63,367 bases of DNA. It comes from Prasinococcaceae sp. CCMP 1430 (taxonomy: Eukaryota > Plantae > Prasinodermophyta). The notes beneath the pieces were generated by a model. The model saw only the letters and a list, made by a program, of their open reading frames with translations. It ran no database searches and was not told the origin of the DNA. The stretch lies in the NCBI GenBank assembly GCA_013416795.1, contig RQSC01000518.1, forward strand, positions 1 to 63,367, written 5' to 3'. Positions 32,228-43,607 of this stretch are shown in pieces; position 1 is the stretch's first letter, and the number at the start of each line of letters is the position of its first letter. The position numbers and the translations under genes were made by a program.

Positions 32228-34798
32228 GTGGGATTGATGGATTTTCGCCCCGTCATGGTATCGTCTCGCGCACGCGGTGCGAAGAGGGAGGCCGACAGGG
32301 AGTCATATGGTGCGCGGGGGGCGTTACCTCCTCCCCCCCCCCCCCCCCCCCCCCCCCCCTTCCTCCTCCTCCTTCACTCCTTCCGTCGGGGGGCTGATTG
32401 GGGTCCTCTGTGCCCGGGGCGGAGGTACGGTGGCGGGCGGCGGCGGCGGCGCGCGCGCGCGACTGCGGCGGCGCTGGCCGCCGCGCTGTGCTGCGCGGTG
32501 CGGTGCGCGGCGGCGGCACCGCTGCGCATCACGCTCGCGATGCAGCTGGAGGACATGGAACGGCAGACTGCGGCGTGTGCGAATGGCATCGACGCGGCGG
32601 AGGCGACTGAGCTGCTGCGGGACGATCTGGTGCCCGCAGCAGTGGAGTACCTCGAGTCGGTTTTGGATGTCCGCGAGCCAGTGCCCGAGGGCACGCCGCT
32701 GCACATCCAGTACTCCTGCCGGACGGTCGCCAGCACTGGGGATTGCATCGACTGGAGCGCGACTCCCGCGCCCGGGGCGAAGTGCTTCGCGGCCACGTAT
32801 GACACCGCCCACTTTCCTGAACGGACGACTTACAGACTCCTCGACAACGGTCAGCTCGGAGCAGAGCCCAGAGTCGAGCCAGGCGGGCCGGGCTTGTACA
32901 ACACAGACATCGTTGTGTACGTGACGGCGCGCGACACGGGCATATGCGGCGGTTCCATCGCGCAGGCGGGCATGTGCGCGCAAGATCCCGTTACCGACCG
33001 GCCCGTGGCGGGCAACATCAACTTCTGCCCGTGCGAGCTCAAAACGCGCTCTATGGTCGATGCGGGTGAGGGTGGCATGCACTCCGGCGTATGGGCAGAG
33101 GAGCGCAGGTTGCAGGTGGGCACCACAGTGCACGAGCTGGTGCACGTGCTGGGCATCAGTGCGAACCTTTTCCCGTACTGGCGCGATGCAAACAATGGGG
33201 GTGCGCCGCGCGTCGAGCGAAATGCGTTCGGCCAGCCCCTGGAAAATGACGCTGCGGCGCTCTCCACGCTTGGACGCGTCGAAGTCAGAGACTCAGTGCC
33301 CGTGCTGCGCTCACTCGCAACACCCGCGCTGGTCGCTGCAGCGCGTGCGCAGACGTCGTGTGCCGAGGTGACCGAGGTTGAATTAGAAGACGAGGGAGGG
33401 GCGGGGAGCGCGCTTTCACACTTCGAAATGAAACACTACTACGGCGAGCTCATGACCGCGCAAGGCGATCGCGTTCAGCTGCTCACCGGCATGAGCGCGG
33501 GCGCTCTCGAAGACAGCGGCTGGTACGTGGTCGATGATGCGGTCAAGGAGGCGAAGATGAATTATGGCCTCGGGGCGGGGTGCGCACTTTTTGAGGACAG
33601 CCTATGCAACCAGCCGACGCACTTCCCCGAGTTTCTGTGCGACTCTTCCACCCTCGACTTTGACTTCGACGTGCCACAAGACCTCGTGAATGCTGCGCAA
33701 CGACCATCGCCGGGGCACAAGATGTCTAGGTTTGCGTGCACTCCTGACGGCCTCGCTGTGGGCGTGTGCGGGGAGGGGAATCAAGAGGGTTTCCTGGGTG
33801 GCTGCAGGCGCGTCGTCGAGTACAGCAACTGGTTTTGCCCGCACGCGCAGGGCATGGGCAAGATGTGGGGTGAGTCTTACGGGGCTGACAGTCGCTGCTT
33901 CGAGAGCACGCTGTGGCTCAAGGTAGACAGGCAGAAAATGACTGTTTCGAGCAACGTAGCTCCGCTAGGAGCGGGCTGTTTTCGCAGGCGCTGCGACGCA
34001 GAAGGCAACCTGGATGTCCTCATCAACGGCGCGTGGCAGCGATGCGCCTCGGATGGTCAGGAGCTACGTGACCCCGGCTTTGAGGGGGGCTACGTGCGCT
34101 GCCCTTCCGACGTAGCGGCGTACTGTGCGCATAGCGTGTGTCCCGACGAGTGCCACCTGAATGGCGCGTGCGTCAGCGGCGCATGCGAGTGCTATCCTGG
34201 CTATGGTGGCGTGAACTGCGCGACTTCTTTCCACGGGGAGCCGTCAAGCCCGCCGCCGCCAGCAAAACCGCCGGCGCCGGGCGGCCGTTCTGTCGGCGAT
34301 GGGGGTGACGATGGTGCGGACGAGACGTCTGACGGCATTCTGCCGTTCATCAGGGACAATCTTGTGCTCATTCTCGCTTTCAGCGGTGGTTTGCTCTTGC
34401 TGATAGCATGCTGGTATACGTACACCCACTGCAGGCACGCGCGCACGGCGCTCCGCATGGCGAATGCGGAAGCCCGCGTGCGCATGGATGCGGCTGACAG
34501 GGACATTGACGGTGCACCCTGGCATACCTGGGCGACCGCATTCCAGCCAGCGGCGCCTGACGCGGTGCCGGCGCGGACGCACGCGCAGGTACAGCTTCAG
34601 CCTCTCGCCTCGCTCCAGCGGCAACACCAACAGCGGGAAACCATGCAGCAGGCCAACGGCTTCGGTGCGGGCGGTGTGCGAGTTGGCAACGGGGGGCCTC
34701 CTGCCTCGACCACATTCAACAATGCTGTGTTCGTGTCGGCCACGTCCGCGGAGCGTGCCATCGCTGCTCAGATCGAGGCGATGGCGCGCTATCGTTGA
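32228..34798 (+). CDS. Leishmanolysin/invadolysin (peptidase M8) with EGF-like module and TM anchor; start uncertain (poly-C run)
   Basis: DRPVAGNINFCP, HELVHVLG (HExxH), ELEDEGGAGSALSHFE, ELMT, LEDSGWY; EGF-like CPDECHLNGACVSGACECYPGYGGVNC; TM near the C-terminus; TGTAA at 34828-34832. Confidence 0.9.
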   Translation: MGLMDFRPVMVSSRARGAKREADRESYGARGALPPPPPPPPPPPFLLLLHSFRRGADWGPLCPGRRYGGGRRRRRARATAAALAAALCCAVRCAAAAPLRITLAMQLEDMERQTAACANGIDAAEATELLRDDLVPAAVEYLESVLDVREPVPEGTPLHIQYSCRTVASTGDCIDWSATPAPGAKCFAATYDTAHFPERTTYRLLDNGQLGAEPRVEPGGPGLYNTDIVVYVTARDTGICGGSIAQAGMCAQDPVTDRPVAGNINFCPCELKTRSMVDAGEGGMHSGVWAEERRLQVGTTVHELVHVLGISANLFPYWRDANNGGAPRVERNAFGQPLENDAAALSTLGRVEVRDSVPVLRSLATPALVAAARAQTSCAEVTEVELEDEGGAGSALSHFEMKHYYGELMTAQGDRVQLLTGMSAGALEDSGWYVVDDAVKEAKMNYGLGAGCALFEDSLCNQPTHFPEFLCDSSTLDFDFDVPQDLVNAAQRPSPGHKMSRFACTPDGLAVGVCGEGNQEGFLGGCRRVVEYSNWFCPHAQGMGKMWGESYGADSRCFESTLWLKVDRQKMTVSSNVAPLGAGCFRRRCDAEGNLDVLINGAWQRCASDGQELRDPGFEGGYVRCPSDVAAYCAHSVCPDECHLNGACVSGACECYPGYGGVNCATSFHGEPSSPPPPAKPPAPGGRSVGDGGDDGADETSDGILPFIRDNLVLILAFSGGLLLLIACWYTYTHCRHARTALRMANAEARVRMDAADRDIDGAPWHTWATAFQPAAPDAVPARTHAQVQLQPLASLQRQHQQRETMQQANGFGAGGVRVGNGGPPASTTFNNAVFVSATSAERAIAAQIEAMARYR

Positions 34799-34864
34799 AC
34801 AGCCCCCGGTGCAATCCCGGCTGATTATGTAATTATGGCATTCATAACACCTCACGCAGCGTCG

Positions 34865-36324
34865 CTAGGGCCCACCGCCGCGCGGCCCGCGCAGCTCACT
34901 CGCCCCTGTGATGAGCTCGCACAGCGCGTGGCTGAGCACGCGCCCGCCCTCGATCAGGTCGTCAATTTTTGCCGACTCGTCCGGGGTGTGCGAACGCCCT
35001 CCCTCGCACCGCACGAAAACCATGGCGGTGTCCAGTCCCGCGGCGTGCGCGTAGCTTGCGTCGTGAAGGGCGCCCGAGAGAAGCACCGGAGCTTCGAGCG
35101 ACAGCTCCTCCGCAGCACGTTCCACCGCTGCGCGCGCACTGCCGTCGAAGGCGCAGGCCGTGTCCTCCGAAAGGGAGGAAAGGGAGCCCACGCTGCCGCC
35201 GACCAGCGCTCCTCCGAGCGCCCCCGTCAGCGCCTCGAGGCGAACTGCGAGAGCGTCACACACCTCGTCGCTGGGGCACCGCAGGTCCACGCTGAACGTA
35301 ACGCTCTCTGGAACCACGCTTGAAGAGTTCGGGGACACGTGCCACCTGCCGATGGTGAAGCGCACGAGCTCCTCGCGGTCCTCCGTCGCATCGTACATCG
35401 CGTGGGCAATGCGCACCGCGGCGTGCATCGCATCGCGGCGGTCGACGCGGCGCGTGTTGCCTGTGTGCGCCACCTCGCCGCGCACGCGGACCTCCAACGC
35501 CCGCCGCGCAGCGATGCCGCTCACGACGCCCACCGGCTTGCTTTCGGTCTCGAGGATGGGGCCCTGCTCGATGTGTGCCTCGAGGTAGTGCGTGTACGCG
35601 CGCGCCCCCGCGGCACGCGCGCCAAGCGGCCGTGCGTGCACGCCGCCGAGCTTGAGCTCGGCGGCGTGCGCGTCGACGGCCTCGCCGTATGTGATCCCCC
35701 CAAGGCTGGCCGAACGCAGCGTCGCGCGCAACGTCGCGGCGTTCGAGGGCGCGGCCCACGCACGGCTGCCGAGCGTGCCCACGCCAAACGCCGAGCTCTC
35801 TTCGGCGGCGAAGTCGACGACGCCGACGCCCCCGCCGGCGCTCACGTTGGCTGTGCGCATGGCCTCGACGGCACCCAGCGCGGCGAGGACGCCATACACG
35901 CCGTCGTAGCGGCCGCCAGTGGGCTGGCTGTCGAGATGGGATCCGAGGAGCACAGCCGGACCATCAGCGACAACGGCGTCGCACTCCGCCTCAGATGACT
36001 CAAGGAAGAGGTTGCCCGCCTCGTCGAGCGCAGGAGCGAGGCCTGCGCTGCCGTCTTCCGCCCAGCGAGCGAGCGCCACACGCGCGGCCGCGTGGCTCGC
36101 ACCGAGCGCCGTGCGGTCGACGCCGGCGGCGCCGCCACGCTCGTACCGCCCGTGACGCGCGAGCTCGCCCAGCCGAGCGGGCGGGCGGGCACCCGGGAGG
36201 GTGGGTGGGAGGGCGGGTGGACGGTCGGTCGGACTGGCGGGCGGGCGGGCGGGCAGGCACGCGGCGCGCGTGCTGCGTGGGGCGTGGCTTGTGGGCTCGG
36301 TCTGTGGGGTGCGCACATTGTCAT
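34865..36324 (-). CDS. M20-family Zn amidohydrolase (allantoate amidohydrolase / N-carbamoyl-amino acid hydrolase type); 5' structure uncertain
   Basis: DEAGNLF, GSHLDSQPTGGRYDGVYGV, EESSAF, YLEAHIEQGPILE, AHTGNT, SGALHDA, GRSHTPDE. Confidence 0.88.
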
Positions 36325-36510
36325 GCTAGGCTGCCCACGGCGCCCCCGACTTCCGAGGCGCACGCCTAGCTCTATCTCGCTACTGTAGAGACCCACAGTA
36401 TGTAGGTTAGTTTCTGTTGGCCCTTTTTTATTTTATTTTTTTGCCGAGAAGAAAACAATGAAAAGCTGCCTTACAGGACAGTCGAGGCGCAGGAAGGCTC
36501 AGAGAGATCT

Positions 36511-37775
36511 TCACACGCCGAGGGTGTCTCCGCCGTCACCCTGGCCATCCCCCGCGCTGCCGCCGTCGCCCTCCTCTTCATCATCGTCTTCGATGTCGTC
36601 ACGGCGCTCTGCACCGAAGCGCTCGCGCAATTGTTTGGACGGGATGTACGAGCCGTCGCTCTGCATGCCCAAGAAGAGGAGATAAGTGTACGGGTGCGCA
36701 AACTCATCCACATCGCTGTCAGCTGCAGTGAGGTTCTCCTGCGGCACGTACGCGATGGAGTACTGGCCGCTGGACATCTCGACGAGCACGTGATAGAATG
36801 GCTGGCTTGTCCCGTTCTGGAGCTCGTCGATCCCTACCTCGTTGCGCCATTCAGCACTCTCGCAGCATTCCCTGTCGAAGCCGCAGATGAGGCCGCGGTA
36901 CCCTTCGTTCTTGTGCACGATCTGGCGCGCGCGTGAGGGGTGCAGGCGCGGGCAACATCGAAGCGAGCAGTCAGCACCTGCGTGGATTTCAAGGTGCACA
37001 AGCGCCAGTGGTATGTTGTGCGATCAAGTGGTGCTACGCGACGCACCTTCTGCCCGAGAAACAGATCCACCGACGCCTGCACACTCCGCCTGACAGCGGC
37101 AGCTGCCTCCGAGGCGAAGCTCGCCGCCTCGAGCTTGGCGAGCTCGTCGCGCACGCGAGCCGCCGCGGGATAGTCCTCAGCCTCAATAGCCCGCTGCAGC
37201 TCGGAGCGCAGCATGAGGCCGCGCGCGACGGGATCGACTGCCTCCTCTTGCTGCTGCTTCTGGCCGGCCTGCAGGCCGCCGTTGGGCGACTCGCCCGCCG
37301 CGTTTGCGCGTTTGGTGGTCTCGGTCTCCTGGAGGAGCTGCTCGATTTCCTCGAGGTTCTGCGAGCGCGGTGCAGTTTGGGCCACGCGCGCGCGAGCAGG
37401 CGGGGTGGAGCGAGGGATACGCTTCAGGTCAGCGTACGCTCGATCCATGGCTCGCTCGAGAGAGCCGCGGGCGCAAGGGCGTGCACGCACCTGTTGGATG
37501 AGCTGCACGGCCTCTTGGCTCTGCATGGTGATGGCACGTTGCAGCTGAGTGCTGAGGTCCAACTTCATCAGGAAGAGCACCACCTCCTGGTTGATGGTAC
37601 TGCTCGCCTCACGCAGCGCTGTGGACGCTGCGCGGCACGCGGCACGCCGCGCCGTGCGGCGGAAGCCGACGCGCTCCGCGCGAGGCTCAGCATGGCCGGC
37701 AACGCCATCACGCGCGAGGGCGGCGGCGAGCGCGCACGCGAGCGCGACCACCGCGCACGCGGCGCGCGGCGCCAT
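36511..37775 (-). CDS. CLPF: Plastid Clp protease adaptor ClpF (NTD-UVR-YccV); introns 37359-37490 and 36922-37046
   Basis: NQEVVLFLMKLDLSTQLQRA (N-terminal domain), LQRAIEAEDYPAAARVRDEL (UVR), LGQKIVHKNEGYRGLICGFD...QPFYHVLV...YVPQENL (YccV). Confidence 0.88.
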
Positions 37776-38764
37776 GGGGTCGTTCGTGCGCCGCTCGCCG
37801 CGTGTGGCGCCAGGCGAGAGCACGTGCGTGACGTGCGTGTGTGTCTGTGTGCGTGTGTGTGTGCGCGCGTGTGTAACTGTGTGGGTGTTCGAAACGGTGT
37901 TCGAAATCCGGCAATGCACATTTCACGCGCGCCTCCCGCCCCGCGCCACACGCCGCACAGCTCCGCCGCCGCGCGCGCTCTGTGGCGCCCCTGCCCCCTC
38001 CCGCACACACGCGCTCACGCGCGCAGGGGCAGAGGACTCCTCCGCACCACGAACGAAGCTCAATCAAGCTCGCGTGAGCAAGAGCCCTCCCGGGCAGTTC
38101 CTGGCCAGCCAGCAGGAGCAGCCACGGCTGCCGCCGACAGGCATCGCGATGCACGAGGGTTTGTGGCGGGTCCCGGCCTCCCTCACCCCATCCATCGCCG
38201 TCCATCACTTTCCTTCGTCGTCGTCGTCCCTGGCCGCCTCCTGCCCCCGGACAGACCCACGACCACGGTTGGGGCTCGCCACCCCACCGACCGCCCGACC
38301 TGTCGGCGGATGGTTTTCCCGGTGATGCTCGGCGCAGGGGCGCGGTTGGGCGGTTGGTTGGCGCGCGTCGCCGCCGCGAACCAACCGCCCAATTGGCGGG
38401 AGCGCACCGCGCGGGCGCTTGCTCGCGCGAGCCGGGACCACACAGTCTCGATCTCGAATCGCGCAGAGGGTGTGTGTGTGCGCGCATGTATGCGCATGTG
38501 CATGTGCAGCAGTGCAACGCACACGAGCGTGGGACTGCGTGGTGCGGCGCGGACTGCGGAATTGGCGCCGGTCGTCGGTGGCGGTGCTGCGGGGGGCAAG
38601 ACCCAGGGACGGCACGTGGGGAAGACGGCGGGCGGGCGCCACACGCGCGCAGGGGCGCGCACTGTGCCCCCCCCCCCCCCCTTCGAGGGCAGTGCCACTG
38701 CGAGCCTGAGCTGTCGTAAAGGAGCGGGCGCCAGAGCGCCGTGCGCGTTCCCTCGCGGCGAGGG

Positions 38765-39334
38765 ATGGCAGCGGCGGCAGTTGCGGCAGCGGCGGCGGCA
38801 GTTGGGACTGCGCCAACAGTGCGCCGTTGTCGCAAGCGGTGCTCAAGACGGCGGTGCGCGCGGCAGGCGGAGCTGCCCGACTGGGCTGCGGGCGCGCTGA
38901 CGAAGGCGGGTTTCGACCCGGACGGCCTCGAGGGGAGGCTTGCGAGTGCGCGGCGCGAGAGCGAGGTGCTAGGGATGGGCATGGCTCTACTCTGGCGTGA
39001 CGTGCGGACCGACGCGCCATTGCTCGCGCGCGAGCTGGTACGTGAGAGTGGTAGCACACTTGGCCAGATGGTCACCGAGGGGCGCCCGCTCAGCGAAGCT
39101 GAGCGCCTGCGAGCGCGGCGGTTCGGTGAGTACGGGTGGCCCGCATTCTGGTACTCGTTCGTCTTCATGAACACTGTGCCATACACGCCGCTCGTGCTGC
39201 CGGTCGTGCTGCGCTTCGTCGACAGAGAAAAGGTTGTGCCGCCGCAGCTTGATGTGGAGACCGATCGCAGGCTCGCGCTGCTGGTGGCGTGGAAGCAGAG
39301 GGAGCGCGAGCTCGAGTCCGGGCTCGAGAGTTGA
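38765..39334 (+). CDS. Small organellar protein with LETM1-like segment
   Basis: GMALLWRDVR...GRPLSEAERLRARR...TVPYTPLVLPVVLRF...VPP resembles the N-terminal/TM part of the LETM1 domain; transit-peptide-like start. Confidence 0.55.
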   Translation: MAAAAVAAAAAAVGTAPTVRRCRKRCSRRRCARQAELPDWAAGALTKAGFDPDGLEGRLASARRESEVLGMGMALLWRDVRTDAPLLARELVRESGSTLGQMVTEGRPLSEAERLRARRFGEYGWPAFWYSFVFMNTVPYTPLVLPVVLRFVDREKVVPPQLDVETDRRLALLVAWKQRERELESGLES

Positions 39335-39522
39335 GCAAGGCAAGTGCCTGTGAGATAATGAATGTATATGTATTACACGTACACAGGTGTGCTGGGCTCG
39401 CTAGCAGGCGCGGGGGGCGCGAGCGATGAGCCTGCAGACGGAGGTCGGGCAAGGCCACGGCTTGTGCGGCCGTCGCAAGCTCCGCGCTCGCGCCGCCCTG
39501 TCACCATCTGCGCAGCTACCGC

Positions 39523-40416
39523 TTACTTGAAGAACATGGCGTGCCTGGAGCGCATGACGGAGTCCGCTGCGGTGTGGCGCTTGGGCGCGACGTGCCTGGT
39601 CTTTCCCTCTGCGGCCAGTTTGGCACGTGCCTCGTCGCGCTCCGCCCTAAGCCACCCTTCTACCGTGTTCAGCAGTCCGTGCCTGTGCGTGGTATCAACA
39701 CCCATCTCAACGGGAGTACCGACCGCGACAAGCTTGCCGTCGGTCACACGCGCGATGTGCGTGGCCCACTCCTCCATGCCGTCGAATATGTGCGTGGCGT
39801 ATACCACCGTGCAATTGCGCGCCTTGCATTCCTCCTCGAAATACTTCATCAGCTCCGCGCGTGCGACCACATCCAGGTCGACGGTGATTTCGTCGAGCAG
39901 CAGCGCGCGGAAGGGCCGCATGAGGCCCATGGCGAGCTGCACGCGGCGCCGCTGGCCGTCCGAGAGCTGGTGCATGCGCCATTCCAGGTCGATGTCGAGT
40001 GTCTTGATAAGCTTGAGACGACGCTCCTCCTCCACTCCAGGGACGTTGTACAGCATCTCCCTCGCCGAGAAGTCGCCCTGCAGTGGCATGTCGTTGCCTG
40101 CGAACGCAACATCGCGCGTCCACGCACCGCCGATGTACGAGATCTCGCCGCTGCACGTGAGCGCCGTGTCGTGGAAGGGCGAGCCGCCGCAGACGGTGAT
40201 AGTCTCGCGGCTCACCATGTTTTTGCCCGCCAGCACGCGCAGCACGGTCGACTTGCCCGCGCCGTTGGCGCCCAGCAGCAGGCACCGGCTGCCCGCAGGC
40301 AGGTCAAGTGTGAAGTCGCGCACCGACGGCTCGCAGCCCGGGTACGCGTACGTGAGCTGCTGCACGCGCATGCTGTTGTTGGCGCCGTCGCATTCCTCCA
40401 TCGGGGAGGCGCACAT
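39523..40416 (-). CDS. Soluble ABC ATPase, ABCI19/20/21 (CAF16-like)
   Basis: GSRCLLLGANGAGKST, WRMHQLSDGQRRRVQL, LLLDEITVDLDV, YATHIFDG. Confidence 0.92.
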   Translation of the reverse strand: MCASPMEECDGANNSMRVQQLTYAYPGCEPSVRDFTLDLPAGSRCLLLGANGAGKSTVLRVLAGKNMVSRETITVCGGSPFHDTALTCSGEISYIGGAWTRDVAFAGNDMPLQGDFSAREMLYNVPGVEEERRLKLIKTLDIDLEWRMHQLSDGQRRRVQLAMGLMRPFRALLLDEITVDLDVVARAELMKYFEEECKARNCTVVYATHIFDGMEEWATHIARVTDGKLVAVGTPVEMGVDTTHRHGLLNTVEGWLRAERDEARAKLAAEGKTRHVAPKRHTAADSVMRSRHAMFFK

Positions 40417-41194
40417 CCTCGCCCACTCCCGCCCTGCCCTCTGCCTCTCCGCCCACCGAGTGCTGCGCGGCGTGTGGGCCGTGCGCGCGCCGCGCCGCGA
40501 GGGTTCCGAGTGGCGCCCCGCGCGCCCTCACCCAGTCGCGGCCCGTCACGCGGCGGCCGGCGCGCGCGCGGAATGCGGATCGAAAGCAGGGAGCGAGCGG
40601 CCGCGGGCGGACGCTGCCGTCCGCAGCCGGGAGGCGGGCGAGGAGGAATTCGATGGGCTTGGGCTCGCCGCCGAAACCGGCGGCGGCAGCGAGCGCAGCA
40701 TCCGGCCGAAGCGGGAACCGACCGATACGGCGCGCGGGCGGGTGGGCCTCGCGGTGCGTTCCCCGACTCGAACGCAGCGGCGGTGGCAGGTCGAGGCCCC
40801 GCAGCGGGAGCGCGGGCGGGCGCGGGCAACGAGCGGCGAGGGCGAGGGGCGGGGCAGCCCCGCAGGATGGCGTTCGATGATGTGGGTGTGGCTTGGGGTG
40901 CGTGCGGGTGGTCAGACGGGGGGACGGTGCTGGCAGCGGGCCAGGAGCTTGGCTCTTGTGCGAACAGCGCCGCCTCGTCCGCTGCCGTGAGCTCCTCGGG
41001 CTCCTTCTCGGAGTCGATATGCTCTCACCGTGGGCCACACTGCGCCCTCGCGGGGCGCACACAAAGCGCACTGGCGCACCCAGGCGGGAGAAGAGGGAGG
41101 AGGGAGCAAAGAGGTAGCGGAGGCGCCTGTCACGCGCACGCGCACGCGCAAGTGGAAGCGGGAGCAGGCCTGGTGTGGACGGGGGAGGTCAGGG

Positions 41195-43558
41195 ATGGCG
41201 ACGGTGGCACCCACGCATTCGATACCCGTGGTGTTCGCCGGCCACCGCGACGCGCTCGCGCGCGAGCTGCGCACGCGCGCCGCCGGTGCGTGCGTGACGC
41301 GTTACGAGGTACGTACGATGCTTGGCCGCATGGGTGCCCCTGGCGGTGCCGCGCTGTCCTCGTTCTTGGCTGCAACATTCGCAGAGGGCGAGCAGACGGC
41401 GGCGGCAGACGCTCTTGCCGTGGCCGTCTCGACAGGCGCGCGCGTGGCGCCTGGAACAGCACGCACGCAGCCTGCAGAAGTTGCCGCAGCTGTAGCCGCC
41501 CAGTATGACGCCAGCAATGGCGGTGATCGCATGCCGCTGGAGTTCGTGGGCGCCGCCAAGTCTCCGCTGCGTACGGGCAGCGCGATGCGAGCGGTGCGGT
41601 CTGCACTCGGAAGGACGAGCACGGCGTCGGCTGGGAGCAGGTGCGTGGGCACCGCCGCCCCCAGGGTGGCTATCGCCAGCAAGCGCCCACTACCCCAAAG
41701 CATTGATGGGGCCGACGCTTTAGTTAGTTACGACTCGCTCTGACTAGCTTTGCTCGCTCCCTCTTTTCCCGATCTCATGCCACAGCCTGCTCGGCGCAGG
41801 CCGCCCCCTCAGCGGCCCCGCCGCGTCGGCGGTTGACCGCCTGCTCGCCAAGGTAGGCGCTCCTTCGGACGCCGAGCTCGCTGCGCGAGAGGAAGAGATC
41901 GCTCGCGCATTGCTAAGCGGCATTAAACCACCGCCGCGACGTGATGCGTCCGCTGAGCTGGCGGTGGGCAGGCGCGCATGCGCGTCCCCGGCAAAGGAAG
42001 CGACGACGGCAGTGACGCCAGCGGCAGGAGGTGCTGTGGCGACTCCAGCGGAGCGAGCGATGAGCGCGCAAAAGCAGGGTACGGCTGCATCTCTGGGACG
42101 CTATGTTACCGATGCAGCACTGGCGGAACAGGCACACTTCGACAGGTGAGGTCAATCGCTGCGCTCGAGGGCCCTTCGTGGCGCACAGGCTAGCCGTTCG
42201 GACTCCCACCTCGTGGCACGTGCTCGCATCGTGTGCTGACGCCCGCCCCCTCTCGCCTGCCCATCGTCACATGCTGCGTCCGCCAACGCTGTGCGAAAAG
42301 CAGCGGTGGTGCCTCTGGCGGCCGCGTGCCAACCTCTGCTGCCCATGACAATGCACAAATGCCTTCGCTGCTGCGCAATGCTGTGCTCGAGGTGAGGACT
42401 ACAGAGGGGCAAGGCGACGAGGCTGCAGCGGAAATGGCCGCCGCAACTCTGCGCGCGGACGCATACGTTGCCGCTTTGAAGCACCGCATGCATGGCCACA
42501 GGCGGCCGGACGCGGAAGTTTCCGGTGGCGCCGCAACGCCGCGCGATGCGCCGAATCCCGCACGGCCTAGCCCCAAGGAGGCTACACTGGAGTCGGTGTT
42601 GCGCCGCGAGGTGACAGATTCAGTGGCGGTCACCGGCACGGCCGCGGCCGCGGAAATGGGAGCCACCGCGAGCGCGAGCTCGAGGATGGGAACGGCCGCC
42701 GACGCTAGTACCAGTGCGGGCCATCACGATGCTTTGCTCCTTGGAGCCAAACCCACCAACTTGGCACTCAGCGCGCACGAAGATGAGGTAGAAGCGCTCA
42801 AAGGCCGGCTGGCAGTTGAACGCGCGCGCGCCGATGCCGAGGCGCGACGAGCGGAGGGCCTCAGATGCGAGGTGATGTTGCTGCAGTCAGCTCTTGCAGG
42901 AGCCAGTGGCGCGGCGGAGGCGGCCGCCGGAGATGCAGAGAAAGCTGTCGCAGCGGCCAAGGGGGAGGTGCGTGTGCACGCGGCCAAGGTAGTGGCAGCG
43001 TGCGAACGCGATTGCGCGGACCTCGCATGCTGACACATGCGCCTGCGCGGCGCCTGTGAGCCGCAGTGCAAGCAGCTGCGCAGCGCGCTGATCCGCTGCA
43101 AAGAGGAGTTGCTTGCTGAACGCGAGGCCATTCGTGCCAAAGAGGAGCAGCTTCTGCTGCGCGAGAAGCGCATGCTCGCCACCCTCATGCAGCAGCTGCA
43201 GGCTACACAAAGGGACGTGCATCGTCTGGACAACGATGCACAGAGCATGGAGGCCATGCAAGGGCGTATCGAGTCGCTGCACGAGCTTGTCGCTACCTCG
43301 GAGGTGCTCGCCGCAAGCAAGGCGGAGGCCAACGTGCGGACAAGTGTGCTGCCTGTCGAAAAGATCACCTCGCTCGACCTCTTCATGGACACGCAGCAAG
43401 TGACGCCCAATCAGAAGGGCGCCCCGCCGGCGCTGTGCGCGCGCGCTATCGATCATTCACCAGGCACAATGGTGAGCTCTGAGCCCTCGATGCACGGGGC
43501 CACCCGCATCCTCAGCGAGCTTGGCTCTTTGAAGAGCCAGCTGACTGCCATGGCATGA
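41195..43558 (+). CDS. Hypothetical multi-exon coiled-coil protein; exon structure unresolved
   Basis: Successive + ORFs (41030-41743, 41910-42149, 42233-43033, 43037-43558) with apparent GT/AG boundaries; heptad-like LRSALIRCKEELLAEREAIRAKEEQLLLREKR. Confidence 0.45.
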
Positions 43559-43607
43559 GAGTCTGTCGCATGCGTCCGACTAGACTAGGGGTGGATAAGA
43601 CGTCCGA

